Source: Chiloscyllium plagiosum (taxonomy: Eukaryota). From it: a stretch of DNA of 64,000 nt. The notes beneath the pieces were generated by a model that was not told the origin of the DNA, searched no databases, and was given only the letters and a program-made list of their open reading frames with translations. The translations under genes and the position numbers were made by a program. The stretch lies in the NCBI RefSeq assembly GCF_004010195.1, contig NC_057719.1, positions 92,953,946-93,017,945 of the forward strand, written 5' to 3'. Shown piece by piece: positions 37,691 through 49,459 of this stretch (position 1 is its first letter; every line of letters starts with the position of its first letter).

Positions 37691-38070
37691 TGTTGATCTT
37701 AATATGAGGCTGCATAACTGACCAGAGTAAAATGTGCCAAATTAAAAATATGTGGTCCCCTCGGAACATTGAACCGAGGTGAGCTGTGCAAGGAACAACA
37801 CAGAATGGACAGACAATGTGGGTAACGAATGTGGACCAATCAGTGTACCGGCGTAAACAGGAAAAACGATCTTCAGAACCTACATTGAGCCTGGCTCCAC
37901 TAGGCATGAGTTCTTGATTTAAACCGATTGAACGTCAGACAATTGAAGCTAAAATTGCTGAAGTGGCACTGTAACATGCAGGAAAGTGATTCTGACTGGT
38001 GCACAGCATTATCCTGCTTCGAAGGATTAGGCTGTGTTTCATGTTGATCACTGTGAATGTTAACCATTAA

Positions 38071-38120
38071 CAGGCTGTCACAGTGAAAGAACTAAATCCT
38101 CATCACTAGACTACTAGGGG
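38071..38120 (-). pseudogene. tRNA-Glu(TTC) pseudogene, 5' two-thirds
   Basis: cagtgaaagaactaaatcctcatcactagactactaggg resembles the Glu reverse complement CGGTGAAAGCGCCGAATCCTAACCACTAGACCACCAGGGA. Confidence 0.7.
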
Positions 38121-38968
38121 AAGTTTCTGTTTATATCATTCTGTACACTGTTTAATTCGGCATTGCATTATTCTATCCTTCTGTGCTTGATCCCCTTTGC
38201 TCTATCTCGGTTTTGTTCATTGGTTTAAAATACACAGGCTATCCAATCATATTTTATATTTTAGTTTCTAATGCATGAGACTTTCTGTCTGAGCTGGTAA
38301 GAGGCTGGCTCAGTGTTTAAAAATCTAACTGTGTAAATTAGAAATCTGCTTGAAATACCCCTTTCCTGTTTGCTATTCCAGGAGCTTGTGGAACACAGGA
38401 CAGGAAGTAACTGACGCGAGCAATATTCCATTTGGCAGGAAGAACAAGGTGAGGCTGTATACACTAAAGAGTGACAAGGAAACAATGGGGAAGCAACAAT
38501 GACGGGGAGGGGCTGAATGCATCTTTTCTTTGCTGTAACCAGACGCAGGTGTCGAAGTGTGAAATGGGACAATATAAGCCAAGTGGGTGAACTTTATTTT
38601 CTGGATGTTTTCTACTGAGGCCTCTCTCACTCTCGGGAAAATACATTTGTGTGCTTCAGTCTATGGATAAAAATGAGGTTCAGTTCCCCGACGGGCTTTG
38701 AACACAGTTTTCACATCTCAAACTTCAATCACATTTATTGTGTCGTTTGAGGTTAAAAAGTAACATGGAAATTATAATTGACATGAACACTTGAAACGTC
38801 ATAGCATACAAGGCTACATGCCAAGTGCTGAGAACTGGGACGGTGGACCTGTTTCCGTGGTGTAAACAAAAATCGATAATTCAATCATTTCTGAGGAGAA
38901 AATTATCTCCAGCGACACAATTCGAGTAGTTGTGTTATGAAGAAACGATGCAACTGTTTCTGCAGTCA

Positions 38969-39040
38969 TCCACCGTGATATAGTGGTTACGATTCGGCAC
39001 TTTCACTGCCGAGGCCTGGGTTTCATGACAGGTCAGGAAA
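38969..39040 (+). tRNA. tRNA-Glu(TTC) pseudogene, full length (72 nt)
   Basis: tccaccgtgatatagtggttacgattcggcactttcactgccgaggcctgggtttcatgacaggtcaggaaa is colinear with vertebrate Glu-TTC; B-box/T-arm and acceptor stem are damaged. Confidence 0.85.
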
Positions 39041-39399
39041 TCAGCACTAATTGTTACTGAAGCAGAGAGAGCAGGTCTCACTTTTATACATGCAATGCCT
39101 TAAATGAATCAATATCCCAGCACTTAAAAGAAGGGAAAGGTGTCTTGTCCGTCCCTGCACAGTCGGCAGTTCACCATTCCTTCTCATCTAATTCTGCTTC
39201 CCAAAGAGTTTTTAAAATTTCTCAAAATTGAGAATGAGCTATCCATTTTATATGTTTTCCATTCCCAAGAGCTTTAGCGATTGAGTGGCTTGGTTTGTGT
39301 TAGGGAGATACCCATGAGAAATGTTCAGGATTATTTCAGGTTCTCCTCCTATGATAGAGCTGGGACATGGCTCTGATGTTCTCGGTGACTTAGATGTGT

Positions 39400-39770
39400 T
39401 GGACTGGAATGGACAAAGTTAAAAATCACATAACACCAGGTTATAGTCCAACAGATTTATTTGGAATCTCTAGCTTTCAGGAGGTTGCTTTTTCATCGGG
39501 TGGTTATCTTTCTGTAGAAACTTGATGTCTATGTCGATATGCGCGATCTTTTTGGGGATCCTCTGCACTTTGAGCCGGCAGTTTGTGATGTCGATTATAG
39601 CCATGACTGGAGGTGATGGTGCTGGAATGTGGTGGACACATATAAAAACATGTAACAACAGATTATAGTCCAACAGTTTACAACCACCCGAAGAAGAAGC
39701 AACATAGAACGCTAATGCTTCCAAATAAACCCGTTGGATTATAACCTGGTGTTGCGTGATTTTTTTTAAC
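39400..39770. mobile_element. Inverted pair of Penelope-like termini
   Basis: aaaaatcacataacaccaggttatagtcc (39421) versus ggattataacctggtgttgcgtgatttttt (~39736). Confidence 0.75.
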
Positions 39771-40439
39771 TCTGATGTTCTTGTTAACATTGACTGATCA
39801 CAGACAGTGAAATAATTGCTGTTGGTGCAGATTTTAAACATCACCTCTGCTCCAGCACAACGAGAAAGATTGTCAGTGCAGTAAAGTTCCACAGTGCGCT
39901 TGAGCCAAGTAATAGTCGAAACTACAACCGTCTGATCCGTCGTCAGATGCATGAACAATTGCACCACCGGCCTTGTAATTACATACTGCAGAGTTGTGGT
40001 CTTAACATAGACATGAGCAATAACAGTATAATGCGCAAAGTGAGCAACCAGCAAAGATAATCACCATCACTGTTTCACTTCAATTTGTCCTGAGGAAGCT
40101 CTATTCACGCTCTTGAATTTGCTCAGCTAATGAATGAGGTCAGCGCTGATCTGAGAAATTTTAATTTCACTTTCATGCTTTTCCATCATAATTCGTGGTA
40201 CATTCCAGCCTAATCACAACATCATATATTCCAGGTAATATTTACAGCTTTAGATTATTATAATGCATATCTGCAGGAAACTGAATAGCAAGTCACAAGC
40301 TAAAAGAAAACCCTCCCTGGATTTAAACCAGTGCAGAGCCGACCATGTAAGAAAATTCATAGAACAGAAATGTTTTCTAAATATTCTAAACGTTTTCTAC
40401 CCGACAGTTTTAAAATGCTGAAGAGACTCACAAACACTT

Positions 40440-40625
40440 AACATTCACCTGTACCTGCATTTTTGTTTTTTCCGCTGTTTATCTGTTATTTACTACTTAA
40501 CGATACAGCTTAACTCTGTGATCTGCCTATATTGCTCGCATGACAAAGCTTTTCACTGCGCCTCGGTACACGTGACAATAAATTCAATTCAATTCAATTC
40601 AATTCGTTTCAATTCAATTCAATTA
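40440..40625 (+). mobile_element. Non-LTR retroelement 3' end with (AATTC)n tail
   Basis: cttttcactgcgcctcggtacacgtgacaataaa followed by about eight AATTC units (40581-40623). Confidence 0.55.
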
Positions 40626-40689
40626 TTTTACTGGGATGGATGTTTCAAGAATGAAGTCACATCTGAGCTGCCAAAAGCTATATTACTTC

Positions 40690-43510
40690 AGATTAAAGCT
40701 CATGTGTGTCCTTCCCCCAGTCTGATGTCTGAATACTCCATCCTGCTCCATTGCAGGAGAAGCTGTTCCAGATGAGCTTGGAGTTCTAAACCTGATTTCC
40801 CAAAGTTCCTTGCTCTACGTCAACAGACGCTGCATCATGTGAGGTTGGAGCTCTGAGCCTAATTTGCCAATGAACCCTGCTTCATGTGAATATATGCAGC
40901 TCCAAGTGATTTTGGAGCTCCCAGCCTGATGTGCAAGTTTCTTCTGCTTCTTGTGAATAGAAGCTGCTCCTCGTGAATTTGGAGCTCCCAGCCTGATTTC
41001 CCAATGCTCCCTGCTGTTCCAGGTGAGGTTGGACTCCTTGCCTGATTTCCCAAAAATCCCTCCTTCATATGATTTGAAGCTGCTCCTCGTGAGGTTGGAA
41101 CTGCCAGCCTGACTCCCCAGTTGCCCCTGCTCCATGTCATATGAAGCTGCTCGATGTGAGATTGGAGCTTTCAACCTGATGTCCCAATGCTCCATGATCC
41201 ATGTCATTAGAAAATGATCCACGTGAGGATGGATTTCCCAGCCTGATGTCCGAATGCTCCCTCCTGCTCCATGACACGCATAGGATGGAGAAGGATACTG
41301 CAGGGGATAGGCACATTAGAAATGTGGAGCTTATTCAAGGAAAAGCTACTGTGTCTCCTAGATAAGTATATACCTGTCAGCATGGGAGGAAGCCGTAGAG
41401 CACGCGAGCCATGGCTTATGAAGGAAGTAGAATCTCTGGTTAAGAGCCTTAGGTTAGGATGAAATGTGAAGGCTCAGTTAGAGCGCTCGAGCGTTACAAG
41501 GTAGCCAGGAAAGACCTAAAGAGAGAGCTCAGAAGAGCCAGGAGGAGAAATGAGAGGTTGTTGGCTGATAGGATCAGGGCAAACCCTAAGAATTTCCACA
41601 GGTATTTAAAGGATAAAAGAATGACGAGAGTAAGATTAAGGCCAATCAAGGATAGTAGTGGGAAGTAGTGTGTGGAGTCAGAGGAGATAGGGGAAGTACT
41701 AAATGAATAGTTTTCAACAGTATTCACTCTAGAAAATGACAATGTTGTCAAGGAGATTACTGAGATACAGCCGACTAGACTAGGTGTGATTGAGGTTCAC
41801 AAGGAAGAGGTATTAGAAATCCTACAGAGTGTAAAAATAGATAAGTCCCCTGGCCGGATGGGATGTAGCCCAGGATCCTCTGGGAAGCCAGAGATGAGAT
41901 TTCCGAGCCTTTGGCATTGATCTTTAAACCGTCATTGTCTACAGGAACAGCGCCAGAAGACTGGAGGATAGCACAAGTTGTTCCCCTGTTCATGAAGGGG
42001 AGTAGACACAACCCTGGTAATTATAGACCAGTGAGCCTTACTTCAGTTGTTGGTAAAGTGATGGAAAAGAATATAAGAGATAGTATTTATAAGTATCTAG
42101 AAAGGAATAAATTGATTAGGGATGGTCAGCACGGTTTTGTGAATGGTAGGTCATGCCTCACAAACCTTACTGAGTTCTTTGAGAAGGTGACCAAACAGGT
42201 AGATGAGAGTAAACCGGTTGATGTGGTGTATATGGATTTTAGAAAGGTGTTCGATAAGGTTCCCCACAGTAGGCCATTGTATAAAATGCGGAGGAATGGG
42301 ATTGTGGGAGAAAAAGCAGTTTGGATCAGTAATTGGCTTGCTGAAAGAAGACAGAGGGTGGTGGCGGATGGGAAATGTTCTTCCTGGTGTCCAGTTACCA
42401 GTGGGGTACCGCAAGGGTCGGTGTTGTGTCCACTGCTATTGGTCATTTTTATAAACGACCTGGATGTGGACGTAGAAGGGTGGGTTAGTAAATTTGCAGG
42501 TGACACTAAGGTCGGTGGAGTTGTGGATAGTGACGAAGGATATTGTAGGTTACAGAGAGACATAGATTAGCTGCAGAGTTGGGCTGAGAGGTGGCAAATG
42601 GAGTTTAATGCGGACAAGTGTGAGGTGATTCACTTTGGTCGGAGTAACCGGAATGCAAATTACTGGGCTGATGGTAAGATTCTTGGTAGTGTAGATGAGC
42701 AGAGAGATCTCGGTGTCCATGCACACAGATGCTTGAAAGTTGCCACCCAGGTTGACAGGGTTGTTAAGAAGGTATACAGTGTTTTTGCTTTTATTAATGG
42801 AGGCATCGAGTTCCGGAACGATGAGGTTATGCTACAGCTGTACAAACCTTTAGTACGGCCACACTTGGAGTATTGTGTACAGTTCTGGTCATCGCATTAT
42901 AAGAAGGATGTGGAAGCTTCGGAAAGGGTGCAGAGGAGATTTACTGTGACGTTGTTTGGTATGGAGGGAAGGTCGTACGAGGAAAGGCTGAGGGACTTCA
43001 GGCTGTTTTCGTTAGAGAGCAGAAGGTTGAGAGGTGACTTAATAGAGACATATAAGATAATCAGAGGGTTAGATAGGGTGGAGAGGGAGAGCCTTTTTCC
43101 AAGAATGGTGATGGCGAGCACGAAGTGGCATAGCTTTAAATTGAGGGGTGATAAATATAGGACAGATGTCAGAGGTAGTTTCTGTACTCAGAGAGTAGTA
43201 AGGGTATGGGATGCTTTGCTTGCAACGGTAGTAGATTCTCCAACTTTAAGTACATTTAAGTCGTTATTGGACAAGCGTATGAACGTACATGGAATAGTGT
43301 AGGTTAGATGGACTTCAGATTGGTATGACAGGTCGGCGCAAGATCGAGGGCCAAAGGGCCTGTACTGCGCTGTAATGTTCTATGTTCTGTGTTCTATGTC
43401 AATAGAAGCAGGTCTAGTTGAGGTGGGAACTTCCAGCCTGATGTCCCAATTCTCCCTGCTTCTCTATGCCAACAGAAGCAGCTCCAGGTGAGGGTGGAGC
43501 TGCCAAGCCC
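40690..43510 (+). repeat. 67-bp minisatellite split by a LINE (repeat units at ~40690-41273 and ~43399-43510)
   Basis: Unit gaagctgctcctcgtgaggttggagctcccagcctgatttcccaatgctccctgctccatgtcatat; gaagc at 41076 and 41143. Confidence 0.9.
41275..43398 (+). mobile_element. Young CR1/HER1-like LINE, ~2.1 kb, 5'-truncated
   Basis: ORFs 41911-42570 and 42598-43302 cover RT to the C-terminus; (TTCTATG)-type tail at ~43378-43398. Confidence 0.97.
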
Positions 43511-43739
43511 GGTACATCACGCGTGATGATACCGTCATATAAGTTGCATGCATTGACAGATTGCGCTATTGATGTTGTATCCAGTTACTGGTGTATTATC
43601 TGCAACATGAGAACCTAATCTTATTTTTAATAACCACCCAATCACATTTTCTAAAAGTCTTTATTTCGTAACCTTATTTAGCATGTGCATATTGCCGTCC
43701 ATCTGAATTAAGATTTTGGTGGTCATTGACGAAATCAAC

Positions 43740-44300
43740 ACTTTTACTCCCTGTGAGCAAAACTAACGCCATTTACAAAATATCGTGAAAGCACTGTAAC
43801 AAACACTACAGTGGACAAACAGGCAGAAAGCTAGCCACCAGGATACATATACACCAATTAGCCACAAAAAGCCATGGACTCTCTCACTAATATCCTCACA
43901 TATGGAGGAGGAAGGACATTCACTTCGACTGGCGCAATACATCTATCCTAGGACAAGCCAAACAAAGACACGCAAGAGAATTCCTAGAAGCATGGCATTC
44001 CAACCGGAACTCTATCAAGAGCAAAATATTGAGTTAGGCCCCATCTACCCACTGAGAAAAGGAAAATGAAGTGACTTCACCAATGGAAATAAAATCACCA
44101 CAGGAAATGACATCAACACCCAAAGAAACCCGAACATACAAATAGAAAGCAGGAATTTTCCACATTGCTTCGCATGAGGTCCTCTGAAGATGTTACCAAG
44201 TAAGATATTAAAACATCTGGAAATGAACCTTTCTACTCAGCGAGCAAACCTACATCAAAAATCTCAATCTGAGCTACAGATTTTCTCAAAACTTGCTTGT
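43740..44300 (+). mobile_element. Penelope-like element 3' fragment, different family
   Basis: CNKHYSGQTGRKLATRIH...ILGQAKQRHAREFLEAWHS (GIY-YIG); terminal ctgaagatgttacc hammerhead remnant at ~44184. Confidence 0.85.
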
Positions 44301-44561
44301 TCACGTGTAAAGTGATCACAACAAATCACAACTTGAAAACCACTTTGTACTATCATCCACATTGAATTGCGGTGTCTTCTTCTGTCTGCCACACGAGTAT
44401 TTAAAAATAAACGCCTGTTAATGACATGCAAATAAAGGCACTTTTAATCGTTTATCATGTTCCTGCTGTAAGTAACCTGACAGGGGACCTTTTGTTTAAC
44501 TGAGTTGAGTAAATTGTTCAGAGCAGCAGATCCTTCGAGCTGTTGTTGATGAACTAACAAA

Positions 44562-44638
44562 TAGCACAGTATGGTTCCCAGAGAATGCGCTGATCTCCGC
44601 GTAATGGCCCCAGCCCACTCCCACTGTGATACTCTCCT
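44562..44638 (-). pseudogene. Initiator tRNA-Met pseudogene, decayed
   Basis: tagcacagtatggtt...gatctccgcgtaatggccccagcccactcccactgtgatactctcct resembles the iMet reverse complement TAGCAGAGGATGGTT...GACCTCTGGGTTATGGGCCCAGCACGCTTCCGCTGCGCCACTCTGCT. Confidence 0.7.
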
Positions 44639-44992
44639 CACATGATCTGAATAAACAGAAAGAAATGACTAAGTAACAAGATCTGTTGAATTGAAATGAA
44701 ATCTGTGAAGAATGCTGTCACCACTCATTTCACGTCCCCCTTCCTAAAGTTTCACAGAACGGTGCAAACACCTGGATAGTGGATTTAGTCAGAGTGGGAA
44801 TGTATGGCCGAACATCCTTAAACACTTGCTTCGTTTTCACCATGTGTGCTTCTGTGCCATGCTCACGACAATGACACCCCTGGTCCCGAAACTCAGTATT
44901 ATTTGAAGGAATCCAACCTCATGAAATGCACTCATCTTTGTTTAATCAAACAGTTGATAGGGCGACCTGGCAAAAGTGAAATCAAATAACCA

Positions 44993-45082
44993 AGGCTCGA
45001 AGGCAACTTGAAGCAAGGTCCTCTTTCATGCCCGTTTTTCACAGGTTCCTATGCGAAAACCATGCCACTAGACAATGGAGTC
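44993..45082 (-). pseudogene. tRNA-Pro(AGG) pseudogene with 18-nt insertion just 3' of the anticodon
   Basis: Minus strand gactccattgtctagtggcatggttttcgcatAGGa[acctgtgaaaaacgggca]tgaaagaggaccttgcttcaagttgccttcgagcct; about 49/72 positions match the remembered vertebrate Pro consensus. Confidence 0.65.
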
Positions 45083-46136
45083 AGTGACAGATTTTCATTT
45101 CCAACACCAAACCAGCTGAGAGTCGCTCAGAGCCAACTATATAACACCTTGCTCCAGGAATTCTGAGCAGCAAAGAGTTTCGAGAATATCGTCTTCACTT
45201 TCTGTCTCCTTGCTCACGGAACGTTGTTGTTTATCCCTTCCCCTTGGAATGAGCTGCCTCCATTGGCGGAATATTCAAATATTTCCCTCCATTGCAGGCA
45301 GTGTAAGGAGAGGCAAGCACGGATACACTCCGAAGCTCCTTCTCACCGGCACGGTTAGTTACACCAGGTGCTGGAAATCAGCGAGATTGATTGCGACCTT
45401 CCCCAAATATCATTTATCTGAGACAGAGGGCAAGATGCTGAGCTGGTTGGGAAAGAGAGGAATGGACTCTGGATACTCTTCTTTCAGGTGAGTGCATTTT
45501 AGTGCAGTCTGTTTGATGGTCAGAATCCATTTTCACACAACAATCCTGCAGAAAGGTTTTTGCTGCAAATGGGCAGAAGTTAACATGTGAGCCCCAACTA
45601 TCCCAGATGAAGAGACAATTCATTCACAAACAGAAACCGTTCAGCCCATTACTGTCGCTTGTATCTCTCTGAGGTTATTCATAATCGGTGACGTGTATGT
45701 CCTAACAAGAGTGAACTGTGTCTGTGTGGTAATGCTGTCTCCCATATGCTGATCCTCTTGTCAATCACGGCTTTTCATTTCATCAGGAGGATGGTGCTGT
45801 GTGAAACAGCGTGGAGAATAACTGCAAAGCATCATGTGTATGGTGCATTCCTCAATTGATATATCTCACCTTCAGCAGTTTATTCCAAGCTCAGGTAAGT
45901 GACTTCGCGAATCAGGTCATTGCAGAGTGACGTAGAGAAGAAAATTGCTTCCAGACCTTCAGAAGTGTGTTTCCTCACATGTATAAATTCAGCGCGTGCA
46001 TCAATAGGAGGTATTTATTTCACATGCATTGAGTGGCTGAAAGCGGTGGCTAATCAATATGCAATGTGTAAAACAGAGCTCTGTTGTAGAGGAACACTGG
46101 CGATGGCATTGTTCGCACACACTAAAACCTTGATTG

Positions 46137-46208
46137 ATGTAGAGGATGTTTTTAATCCATTAATGTCTGGGTTATGGGCCCAGCACGCTCTGGCTGGCCC
46201 ACTCTGTG
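46137..46208 (-). tRNA. Initiator tRNA-Met(CAT) pseudogene, full length
   Basis: agaggatgtttttaatccattaatgtctgggttatgggcccagcacgctctggctggcccactctg; anticodon arm intact, T-loop and D-arm mutated. Confidence 0.85.
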
Positions 46209-48175
46209 AGCACTGAACACAGCATTTTCCCATACTCTTCAGCTTTTCAATTGGCGCGTGGCATGTATCTTCGAGGATGATATCAAAAGATCTTCGCTGT
46301 TATTGTGTGATATTCTGTGGCACAGACGTTGTCTCGCATTGTCAATATAACCTCTGTGTAACTTCCCACATTCTGTAGGTTTAACTGTAATTTTACTCAG
46401 AATCACAAAATGCAGAATGAGGCTAGGCAGTCCACCTGCGCTGTGCTGGCTCCACACGATGAGGAAATTATTGTTTTGTCTGATTGATTGAGTTCATTTG
46501 ATTGATTGATGTTCATATGCGACTAAGAACAGTGAACGTTTTATTTTGCAATTGGGTAAAGCAGATCATAGACATGAAGGACCTGCAGATTACAGCTTGA
46601 GAAAACAAAACTTTGGACAGGCTTTTCCAGCAACACATTTTCAGCGACAGACTAAGTTGGTCAGGTTACTCTGCAAAGGACGTGCGCTCAGCAAGGTCTA
46701 CGTTAACAGGATCAGCATCATCTGAAGCTCGACAATACATTTATCAGTCTCAGAATGGTCCAGAAGAAGCTGTCCGCGCGCGTGTGTGTGTGTATGTGTG
46801 TGTGTTTGTGTATATGTATGTATGTGCTTCAAGCTTTGGTGTATTGATCTGACCTCGATCTCACTGAAATCATGCCTTCCCAGTTAAAACCGGGACGAGA
46901 TATGTACGTCACAAGGCGATATCACACCCAACCACAGGAGACACATTCACAATAACTCAGGTGAGTTTCCTTGTTAACTAAGGCTTTTTTCTGTTGGTTC
47001 AGATTGAAGGCAACACTGAGCTTTAACAACAGCTCCTTCCCATTCTGTCTCTCTGTTCTCAGGAGGTTGTGCTAGCCCTTTCCCCTGGTATCGAGCTCTC
47101 TCCATTGGCGGCTGGACGAACTAATCTTACATTGGCAGAGGACGGGGCTGGAGGAGAGGAAGTATGTAAAGTCCAGAAGAGTGTACAAAACGGAGATCGT
47201 GCATGTACAGGAACTTGCATTTTTTTCGGAACTTTGTCTAAATATCTCCATCTGAGACAGACAGACAGAATCTTCTCACAAAGTTTAGACAGACAGAACA
47301 TTGCTGAACTGCTGGCAACAAAAGAACCTGTCCCTATAATGGGAAATAGTATCTGTGCGGTTCTTGAAGTCACGGGTATGGCTCTGCTATCTGAATCAGC
47401 GTGCGATGATACCGAGGGGAGTCCTATCGCTCAGGCACACCGCACCTGATGTGCTTACATTTCACCACGTTGCCCCCAGCTCAGAGAAAAGATTTCGCAG
47501 TTCACATCATCCCAGAGTGACAGAGAACAGACGATAGTAATTCAGACCATCATTTTAACAACTCATGGGGATAATAGGGATGTGGCAGAGCGGACAGTCT
47601 CGACAAGTGCATGCTTCCAGCATTTACAATCTTGGCCAGTGTGACAATAAAGGCAGGAACCATGAACTCTTTGTCATATTCTTAAAACAGGTGTGTAAAT
47701 TTTGCAGAGCATAGATTCTTCTACATGCCGTTAGTGAAATGATAAACAGCCACATTTTGGTTCCCAGATTATGGTCTGATCTCTGCCTTTTGGCCCCAGT
47801 GGACTCCCACTCGGATATTCTGCTCACATGATTTGAACACATACAAAGAAACGACTCAGTGACAAGATGTGTTGAAACGGTTTCTGTGAATAATTGAGGT
47901 CAATGGAATGAAAAGCCAATGAGAGCGGGGATGCAACATTATCTTTGAGGGAATTATTTTTCAACTCGAGGAGAGTGCACAGCGGTCAATAACTGAACTG
48001 ATAGACTGAATCAACGTCGGGTGCAACAGTAGGGAACCCTGTCGCTAAGACACACTGTAGCTTTTGTACCATGGTGCAAAAGCACGGATCTTTTGTATGG
48101 AGGGGAGAACTCCAAAATCCTCAATGAGGCAAAACGCACAATTGAGCTAAACAACACAGCAACCATCGAAATTAG

Positions 48176-48949
48176 TGTTACAACAAGGCGTACACACCTT
48201 GGCTAATTTAATCCAGAAACACAGAAAAGATTCACACCGTGCTGTAATCTGTTAAAATTGGAGAGCAACGAACTGTCCCAGAAGTCACATCTTAAAATAA
48301 CAATTGCCATTTTTAAAAAAATCTAACAGAGAATAACTAGCTAGCAGCTATTTAGAACTCCTATCTCTCGACTTACCCCCTACATTCCTCTTTAAAATAC
48401 ATGTCTGATAAACCACACCCCTCATTAAGAGTTCCAAAACAAAAATGAATTTTCAAAACCAGCCAGCTGTCGAATTTTCTCGTTGTATCTTTCGCTACAG
48501 ATCTTCTGTCCAGGTCGCTGTGGATTTCTTTATTCTGTGCAAACACCTGCTGCAGACAGGTACCTCACAGACATCTTCCTAGCAGTCTCCATCTGTTGAT
48601 ATTTTGGTTGCTGTCTTTGCCACTCTTTGCTGCTCTGGATAACTGTTCAAAATGTCTGATATTTTTCTGCAAACCTCAGATTATTGCATTAGTTTTAAAA
48701 TTGTCAAAATAATAAATTCAAACTTGTATGGAGTTTCATATCTTGGTACATAAATTAAACTGATTGGCTGAATTCCGATTTGTTTTTGCACCCAGGCAAC
48801 ACATTTCTTAGCTGTTTCTTTCAAAGATTACGTCGTTACATTGTTCTGGACTCTCTGTGCTAAAAAGTAATTTCAGCTCTCATAAAGGTACAGTAGATCC
48901 ACAAATTCATAGCACTGGTATTTGCCAAGACAGTCTATTTCGCTCAACA
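48176..48949 (-). mobile_element. Possible solo LTR (TGTT...AACA), ~770 bp
   Basis: Minus strand starts TGTTGAG and ends TGTAACA with an internal AATAAA; no target-site duplication found; 5' part duplicated at ~62254-62520. Confidence 0.4.
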
Positions 48950-49135
48950 TCGCTCCCTGTCAAATTCCTGCTGCTGAGATTTGAGGAATCTCTGTTCGAT
49001 GGTGTAAAGAGCTTTTCTGATCGCACAATCGCAGCATTTCACATGCCTCTCTATGTATGTCTTGCAATATTAATTGATCCCTTACTGTTTTACTTCAGCA
49101 TACTTTGACAGGAAAAAATGAGAGCAATTGTCACT

Positions 49136-49175
49136 TACATGACTGGAATTTGAACCGATGGTGCTGCAGACAACG
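49136..49175 (-). pseudogene. tRNA-His 3'-half remnant
   Basis: catgactggaatttgaaccgatggtgctgcagacaacg resembles the His reverse complement; paralog at ~62048-62085. Confidence 0.55.
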
Positions 49176-49459
49176 ATTCCGCTGTTACTGAAATAGGTCC
49201 CACCTTTCCTGTCCTAATGATAAGATTGCATAACGTAGTGGGGAGTTTTCATGCGTTGAAATTGACCCAGTAACCTTTCTCAGGACGACATCTAATGGGA
49301 TATAAAGACGTGATGAAATTCACAAGGTGGCATTTACTGAAGTTTCAAGGCATTAGAAAGGATACAGTCAGAGTTCACTTTATACAAAGTCGTTAGAAAC
49401 GAGGGAAATAAGGATTTCTGCTTGATAAATACACTGAAAGCGAGAAGAAGACATTCAGT

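Noticed and set aside
39301..39320. U1 snRNA-like words (gggagatacccatga; also gcgaccttccccaaat at ~45394)
   Set aside because: Matches are under 16 nt and do not extend.
39470..40054. 194-aa minus-strand ORF
   Set aside because: It runs through two Penelope-like termini and has no recognisable domain; most likely a chance ORF.
40815..41222. Repeat-protein ORFs
   Set aside because: Products of a 67-bp minisatellite whose unit length is not divisible by three.
41911..43302. Active LINE ORF2
   Set aside because: 5'-truncated, in-frame stop at 42568-42570 and catalytic FADD changed to FAGD.
48060..48083. 24-bp near-perfect palindrome gcttttgtaccatggtgcaaaagc
   Set aside because: Isolated, with no associated element or second copy seen.
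46870..48157. Further very weak tRNA-like traces (Val-like ~46872, Asp-like ~47080, Ile-like ~48095; also ~37755 and ~38680)
   Set aside because: Only short motif matches, not distinguishable from chance by eye; a covariance-model search is needed.
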